Shown here piece after piece: positions 58,962 to 64,000 of a stretch of 64,000 nucleotides of DNA. The notes under the pieces were generated by a model. That model was not told the DNA's origin, ran no database searches, and saw only the letters and a program-made list of their open reading frames with translations. Made by a program: the position numbers and the translations under genes. Source of the stretch: Acidobacteriota bacterium (lineage in GTDB: Bacteria; Acidobacteriota; UBA6911); the NCBI GenBank assembly GCA_963664705.1, contig OY761556.1, positions 6,784,001 through 6,848,000 of the forward strand, in the 5' to 3' direction. Positions within the stretch are counted from its first letter, which is position 1. The number at the start of each line of letters is the position of its first letter.

Positions 58962-59297
58962 TCAGTCTGCGGCATTCGCCGGAACGCTCATTTCCTCTTT
59001 CAACTCGTAATGCTGCGATCGCAGGTCAAAATGGGACAGCAATGCTCTCGCTTTTTCCGGTACGACTGCAGCTTCGTAATCCGCGCCGGCAAACGCCTGA
59101 ATTGCATCGAGTGAGTCAAAATACATGATGGTTATGAATTCCACCTCGTCGCCAATGGGGCGACGCAGCAGTTGTATGTTTTTAAAGCCTCGGATTTGTC
59201 GATTGTTAATGCCGACAAAAATTTCCGCCTTGAGTAACCGCTCATATCCATCTGCATTGTCGAAGCTGGTCCATCCGTGCCAGATCCGCACTATCAT
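58962..59297 (-). CDS. ABM/dimeric alpha-beta barrel protein
   Basis: MIVRIWHGWT, FAGADYEAAVVPEKARALL; AAGGAG RBS. Confidence 0.85.
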   Translation of the reverse strand: MIVRIWHGWTSFDNADGYERLLKAEIFVGINNRQIRGFKNIQLLRRPIGDEVEFITIMYFDSLDAIQAFAGADYEAAVVPEKARALLSHFDLRSQHYELKEEMSVPANAAD

Positions 59298-59454
59298 ACC
59301 GGTATACTCCTTTCTCATCTTTCCGCTGCTCGTTATTGAGTGGTGAATGGAGGACACTCTATGCCGGGGAACTATCGTCCGGCAAGGAGAACCTGCCGGA
59401 TGGAAGCTGCACGGGCATTGCCTCAGCGGTTTCGGATTGGGATGCAGCCCGCGT

Positions 59455-60315
59455 TCATGAGATGACGTTTGTCCCCATTGGACCAAAGCCGCGTGTTGCT
59501 TGAATTTGCAGCATCTCCGGCGAGTACTGGCCGTCCGGGCCATGAATAATCAAGGCCGGTTCCTCAACGGAGGGTCCGGAGCCATGAAGGCTGGCGCAAT
59601 AGAGTGAAAACAGGGGTGGTTTTGATCGCGTAGGAACGACGTCCCGATAGGAATCGATATGAAATCCTTCCCGAGTCACGAGGTCGAGCCCGCGTTGCTT
59701 TTGGCGATGCGGAAAACAGTAAATGAAAAGGCCATCGTCTTGCAGGCACCGCCTGACTGTCCGCGCATAGTCTCCCACATGCCCCCGCAGCTCAAATCGC
59801 GCACAGGCCTTTTGAGTATCTTCGGGAAGTTGACCGGCGTGACGAGGAAAATAGGGAGGACTTCCGGTGACAAGATGGAAGAGCGTATCGGCGGCGAACT
59901 CGCGCAAATCGCCATGAATTGCAGTTGCACGGGAAGTCAGACGGTTGCATTCAAGATTCGCCTGCAGCAATGCATAACTGGCATCGTAGGCTTCAATGCA
60001 TGTCAGCGTCGCCTGCTCGGAAAGGCCCCACAGGACGATCATTCCCACCGTGCCGACGCCGGATCCCAGGTCGAGATAGCGCGTGGCGCCGGGACATTTT
60101 TGCAGCGCGTACCAAGCGGTCAGCGCATCGTCGATGGAGTGACGATGTCCGCGCAGCCGCTGAAATATGCGCAGGGGCCCGGTCAGTCCGCTGATGGTCA
60201 GCGGTTCCCCCAGGTGTTTTTCCAGGGCGGCTTGTTGCGCGAGAAAGGTCTGCTGAATTGCCGTGACATCGGCAGTCGGCAAGGTTTTCGATTCGGCAAT
60301 CCGGCTCATCTGCAT
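59455..60315 (-). CDS. SAM-dependent methyltransferase, tRNA1(Val) A37 N6-MTase (YfiC/TrmN6)-like
   Basis: GHRHSIDD, LDLGSGVG, GSPPYF, ARFE, YSPEM. Confidence 0.8.
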   Translation of the reverse strand: MQMSRIAESKTLPTADVTAIQQTFLAQQAALEKHLGEPLTISGLTGPLRIFQRLRGHRHSIDDALTAWYALQKCPGATRYLDLGSGVGTVGMIVLWGLSEQATLTCIEAYDASYALLQANLECNRLTSRATAIHGDLREFAADTLFHLVTGSPPYFPRHAGQLPEDTQKACARFELRGHVGDYARTVRRCLQDDGLFIYCFPHRQKQRGLDLVTREGFHIDSYRDVVPTRSKPPLFSLYCASLHGSGPSVEEPALIIHGPDGQYSPEMLQIQATRGFGPMGTNVIS

Positions 60316-60725
60316 TTTGAGGTGTCCTGCAGACCTTGTATCGCTTTTGGAAGTCCGAAGGATTTTTCGAGGCTGCGATAGACATGGCCTGCATCAATCA
60401 ACTTCTTACGACCTGCACAGTTCATTAACGATGGATGTTCATTTTAGGTGCGTAAATTGCCAAAACCCAGAAATCCAGCCGCCAGTATAGCAAAATGAGG
60501 GGGCGCTCTGTGCAAGGCTATTTGACTGGCTGGAGGGTTCTGATGTCGCAATGAGAGCAATCTTCCTGTTGCCAGGGCATTGTTTTGGTGTATTGACAGC
60601 CCGGATGATGTAGCGATATTTATAAGGACGGGTTGCGAACCTGTCACTCATGGGATAGGGAAGTCCATGCAGGCTCACAGCGAATCGTTGGCAAAGCATC
60701 GAACCAAACAACATGAGGTATCGTT

Positions 60726-61097
60726 ATGATCCCGGAAAAACTGCTGGAAATCATGAAACAGGATGGTGTTGTTGCTATCGCGACCTTAGGAGAGGATGGT
60801 CCGCATCTGGTCAACACCTGGAATAGCTACATCCGAATATCGACGGATGGGCGATTGTTTATTCCCGCAGGCTACATGCATAAAACAGAGGCTAACATTG
60901 CCTATAATCCCAATTTGCTGATTACCATGGGAAGCAGCAAGGTCAAGGGCTTGCATGGGGCAGGCGCCGGCTTTTTGATCAAAGGCAAAGGGAGCTTCAT
61001 TACCTCCGGACCTGATTTCGATTTCATGAAAGAAAAATTCAATTGGCTGCGAGCCACCCTGGCCGTGACTATCGATTCCGCCACTCAGACCTGGTGA
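60726..61097 (+). CDS. FMN-binding split-barrel protein (pyridoxamine 5'-phosphate oxidase-like)
   Basis: GVVAIAT, PHLVNTWNSY, PAGYMHKTE, GSSKVKG, GFLIKG. Confidence 0.88.
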   Translation: MIPEKLLEIMKQDGVVAIATLGEDGPHLVNTWNSYIRISTDGRLFIPAGYMHKTEANIAYNPNLLITMGSSKVKGLHGAGAGFLIKGKGSFITSGPDFDFMKEKFNWLRATLAVTIDSATQTW

Positions 61098-61114
61098 GAG
61101 ATGTCGTGATCACT

Positions 61115-61774
61115 CTATTTGATGATCAGGCCCAGCAGTCGTGCCAAATCTATCGCTTGCGCTGCATTGACAATGGCTCCTCGTAGATCCTCCGGCCGGA
61201 CGGAAGCACCCTCGATCTCGGCTCCCCGCAGGTCCGTTCCTTTGAGTTTGGCTCGACTAAGGTCCGCACGACGAAGCATGGCGTTCGTGAACAATGCGCC
61301 CTCAAGATCGGCTCCGCGGAGATCGGCGTCCCCCAGGTTGCACGATTTGAATTCAGAATTGCGGACTTGCCCATCGATGAATTGTGCATAACGCAAATCG
61401 CTGTTTTCCACCAATACGTCTTCCCAGCGACATTCAATGGCTCTCATCCCTGTCATACGGCAGTCGATGAGTTCAACTCGAGCCGCTTCAAAGCCCTGCA
61501 AAATGGAATTGGATAGATCGCACTTAACCAGCCGGACATCATGCAGCCGGGATTTGATAATCCGGCAGTTTGCGAAGGAGACATGCTCGAAAACCGAACT
61601 CAAGGCTATCAAAGAGGGGATTTTTCTGCCGGAACAGTCCAACTCCTGAAGGAGGCATTCCTCAATCAGTTCGCCGGCAAACAGCCTTTCGGTCTCGACG
61701 GTCGCCAAATCATCTCTCTCGGGGATGTTCTTGGGTGCGGTCCGGTGAAACGATTCCTCTTTTCGATGTTTCAT
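61115..61774 (-). CDS. Pentapeptide repeat protein
   Basis: Repeats ADLRG, ADLEG, AMLRR, ADLSR, AKLKG, TDLRG. Confidence 0.9.
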   Translation of the reverse strand: MKHRKEESFHRTAPKNIPERDDLATVETERLFAGELIEECLLQELDCSGRKIPSLIALSSVFEHVSFANCRIIKSRLHDVRLVKCDLSNSILQGFEAARVELIDCRMTGMRAIECRWEDVLVENSDLRYAQFIDGQVRNSEFKSCNLGDADLRGADLEGALFTNAMLRRADLSRAKLKGTDLRGAEIEGASVRPEDLRGAIVNAAQAIDLARLLGLIIK

Positions 61775-61882
61775 AAAACTCGATTATATTCTGGAATTTT
61801 GCAATTTACCTATCGTGTTTATCGGAGGCAGGACGATTGATCGCCGCCGTTGCCGAACAGGAAGAGACCGCATTGAGCCCGC

Positions 61883-62437
61883 TTAGTCATAAGGGTTGAG
61901 CAACTGTTCGATCGACACCGGCTTTTGATTCTGGCGCATCCCCTCCTCGATCATCTTTCGGGTTGCGTCGTCCAGATTGAAGAAGTTGACCAGCTGCAGT
62001 GTCAGATCAACCGGTTCAATCTCAGCGCCGGCGCATTGGATCTCCCATTTGGAGACCACCAGGGTTACTCCCGCTTTTTGCGCCACCGGTGAAAGTTTGT
62101 CCTTCAAAGCCTCCAGGACATTCGGGATCGAGAGGTTTCCGAAAACCTGCTGGTGCATGAGATTTTGGAAGGCCGGTCCCATGGCTTCGAGGGCTTTCAG
62201 CTTTTTTTCATCATTGGCCTCGCGGGCCTTCTGCTGTTCGAGATTCAGATTTCCCATGAAATCCCGGACCTTTTTCATGTTGTCCGCCCGGTAGTATGCC
62301 AGCGCGACGAATCGTGAATCGTAGGTTCCGATGCGAATCTTGGATTGAGCCTCCGCCGCATTCACTCTCTTCTCCGATATTGCGGCGAACATTAAACCAA
62401 TCATCAGCATTGCCACGAGCTGCCTGTTTCTTTTCAT
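61883..62437 (-). CDS. Exported protein with Skp/OmpH-like features
   Basis: Signal peptide; IRIGTYD strand; helical middle; VAQKAGVTLVV...VDLT..LV C-terminal pattern. Confidence 0.5.
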   Translation of the reverse strand: MKRNRQLVAMLMIGLMFAAISEKRVNAAEAQSKIRIGTYDSRFVALAYYRADNMKKVRDFMGNLNLEQQKAREANDEKKLKALEAMGPAFQNLMHQQVFGNLSIPNVLEALKDKLSPVAQKAGVTLVVSKWEIQCAGAEIEPVDLTLQLVNFFNLDDATRKMIEEGMRQNQKPVSIEQLLNPYD

Positions 62438-62546
62438 CCGGTTTCTCCTTTTCGCGTTTCATTCCCAGCCGCCAACCTGGCCAGGGAATGTCTGCAGCAC
62501 AATAAGCCCTCGGGCCTTTCTATCGCCTGCCCGCCCCCACCAAATT

Positions 62547-62562
62547 AGCAAGATATGTGCCA
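62547..62562 (-). promoter_or_regulatory. Sigma-54 (-24/-12) promoter
   Basis: Minus strand TGGCAC-ATATC-TTGCT matches the TGGCAC-N5-TTGCW consensus. Confidence 0.75.
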
Positions 62563-62624
62563 ACGCGCTTTTTGTTGAGAACAATGAGGTTGGCCCGATT
62601 TGGTCGCGGGGCTTTGGTGACGCC

Positions 62625-62662
62625 TGTGCAATATGTGTCCGGGCCTGTGCATTTAGTGTACA
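62625..62662. promoter_or_regulatory. Candidate tandem enhancer (bEBP) sites
   Basis: TGTGCA-N5-TGTCCG and TGTGCA-N5-TGTACA, starts 21 bp apart, upstream of the sigma-54 promoter. Confidence 0.55.
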
Positions 62663-63106
62663 TGCTGCTTTGGAATTCCTCGATCCGCAGGAACGCCGGG
62701 AGTCCTATGCAGCACATATAAAGATAATACCAATTGGCAAAGGTCCGTTGGGTGGCTAAAGGGCAAAGCCCCGCCTATTTTTGTTGTCATTTGACCGTCC
62801 TCTGCCAATTACATTTGTCACCCCAGGGCTTGCAACAAGCGCAACCGTTCCTGGCGAGGCTCGTGTACCGATCCGCAGAGAGATATATGTGAAGATAGGC
62901 TGCATTGATAAGAATTTCCTATCGAATAGATGGATGGAGCACTCTGCAAGCTCGGCATATCATGGATCGTGAGTAACCATGCAAATGGCGCTCCTAAAAG
63001 CTGGTTATGGAAATCAGATAAACAGAGGCATTATCTCTTCTCTGTTTCACATACTTGCAACGCCTTGTTGCGTGAGTGCCTTCGATATGAGTTTTGGTTC
63101 CGGTCT

Positions 63107-64000
63107 TTACTTTGGGAGAGGATCAGATGATGGCCAAAACCGCGCGGTTGATATCGGCAGGGGATGAAAGAAAGCGTTAATGGAATGAATCTGTCCCCCC
63201 CATACTTTAAAAGCTTCATAGGTTACAAGTGAATTTCCTTGCCCGTAGGCGTCACCAGTGTGCCCAAAGTTCATCCACAAAAGTACTACTCCGTTTTGTT
63301 CATCCACGGATGCAACGCTGGCAATAATGCCCGGATGCAGAGTGATTCTCTGGGAATACATGCCGCAATCGGGACGGCCGCATCCCACGCCCGCTGTAAT
63401 CACGCCGTTTTCAACGCGATAGATTTCCGGAGCAAAGGGAGTTCCGGCATCTGAGAAATTACCGATGCGCAGGCCTTCGGTATAGGTCAGCGCAGTTTTG
63501 ATCATCGATTCTCTTGACTGTCTTTTGGCAGGAGGCACGGGATCATTCATTCCCATGATAGGTTTTCCCAACTCCCTCGGGGGGAATTTTGAGTCGGGCG
63601 TGATTCGCTGAACCAATGTCTCAATGCCGGCGATCCTCTTTCCTTTGAGATAAAGCAGCACAGAATAAAGAACCTGGTTTTTGTCTTCGTAGACTAATAT
63701 GTGCGTGGCAGCGATCTGCCTTTTTGCATCCAAATAATCCTGCCGGAATTGCCCTTTTGCAGTCACTGTTTTCCAAAGACCCTCACCCAAATCAATTTCC
63801 TTTCCATCCTCGGTAAAGCGAAATTTGTCGGTCAATAGGAACTTTGAATGATCGTGTGCCACAAGCGCATCAATATACAGTGTTATCATGCCAGTCATAC
63901 AGGTGCGATTGCAGGATTCCACCGCGGCCGATGTCTGCGACACGCCTGCCGGAATTGCTATAACGAACATGGCAGCAACGATTATTGATATAGAAAAATT
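63107..64000 (-). CDS. Secreted protein homologous to 56052-57098, 5' end beyond the window
   Basis: CNRTCM...YIDALVAHD...RFTED...GEGLWKT; YRVENG; EAFKVWGGQIHSINA. The frame stays open to the window end. Confidence 0.7.
   Translation of the reverse strand, partial: NFSISIIVAAMFVIAIPAGVSQTSAAVESCNRTCMTGMITLYIDALVAHDHSKFLLTDKFRFTEDGKEIDLGEGLWKTVTAKGQFRQDYLDAKRQIAATHILVYEDKNQVLYSVLLYLKGKRIAGIETLVQRITPDSKFPPRELGKPIMGMNDPVPPAKRQSRESMIKTALTYTEGLRIGNFSDAGTPFAPEIYRVENGVITAGVGCGRPDCGMYSQRITLHPGIIASVASVDEQNGVVLLWMNFGHTGDAYGQGNSLVTYEAFKVWGGQIHSINAFFHPLPISTARFWPSSDPLPK

Noticed and set aside
62732-62811. GGCAAA...GGGCAAAGCC resemblance to a c-di-GMP-I riboswitch; 12-bp closing stem
   Set aside because: Lacks the GAAA tetraloop/receptor architecture and is on the strand with no downstream gene; the stem alone is insufficient evidence.

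Overview
Chromosomal window of a moderately GC-rich diderm bacterium. The gene content suggests an anaerobic, uncultured Acidobacteriota-like organism (inference only). Most of it is a patchwork of hydrolases and peptidases (CocE, M16, M2/ACE-like, Pip, amidase, esterase), transporters, two ECF sigma/anti-sigma pairs, a PadR pair, a partial complex I cluster (nuoA-C-G-H), an orphan VgrG and TolB. Intergenic regions carry two families of palindromic repeats: REP-like GC hairpins and TTCCRGA heptamer arrays. The strongest candidate for an undescribed system is a ~1.94 kb element at 36947-38889. It encodes only two paralogous DUF1670-like proteins, has no recognisable transposase or terminal inverted repeats, is bounded by a TGGCA direct repeat, and sits in the loop of an inverted heptamer-array hairpin. 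It also has a highly structured leader and an IS1-type A-AAA-AAC slippery site that could fuse the two ORFs. Other notable items: a ydaL/ydaM-like exopolysaccharide operon with a predicted outer-membrane barrel and WecB; a FlgC homolog with a signal peptide and no flagellar context; a VgrG with an amphipathic internal insertion; a zf-HC2 anti-sigma ending in a TonB-C-like domain; a sigma-54 promoter with tandem enhancer-like palindromes before a Skp-like gene; and an esterase frameshifted at a G9 tract. All family assignments come from motif recognition by eye; no database searches were run.
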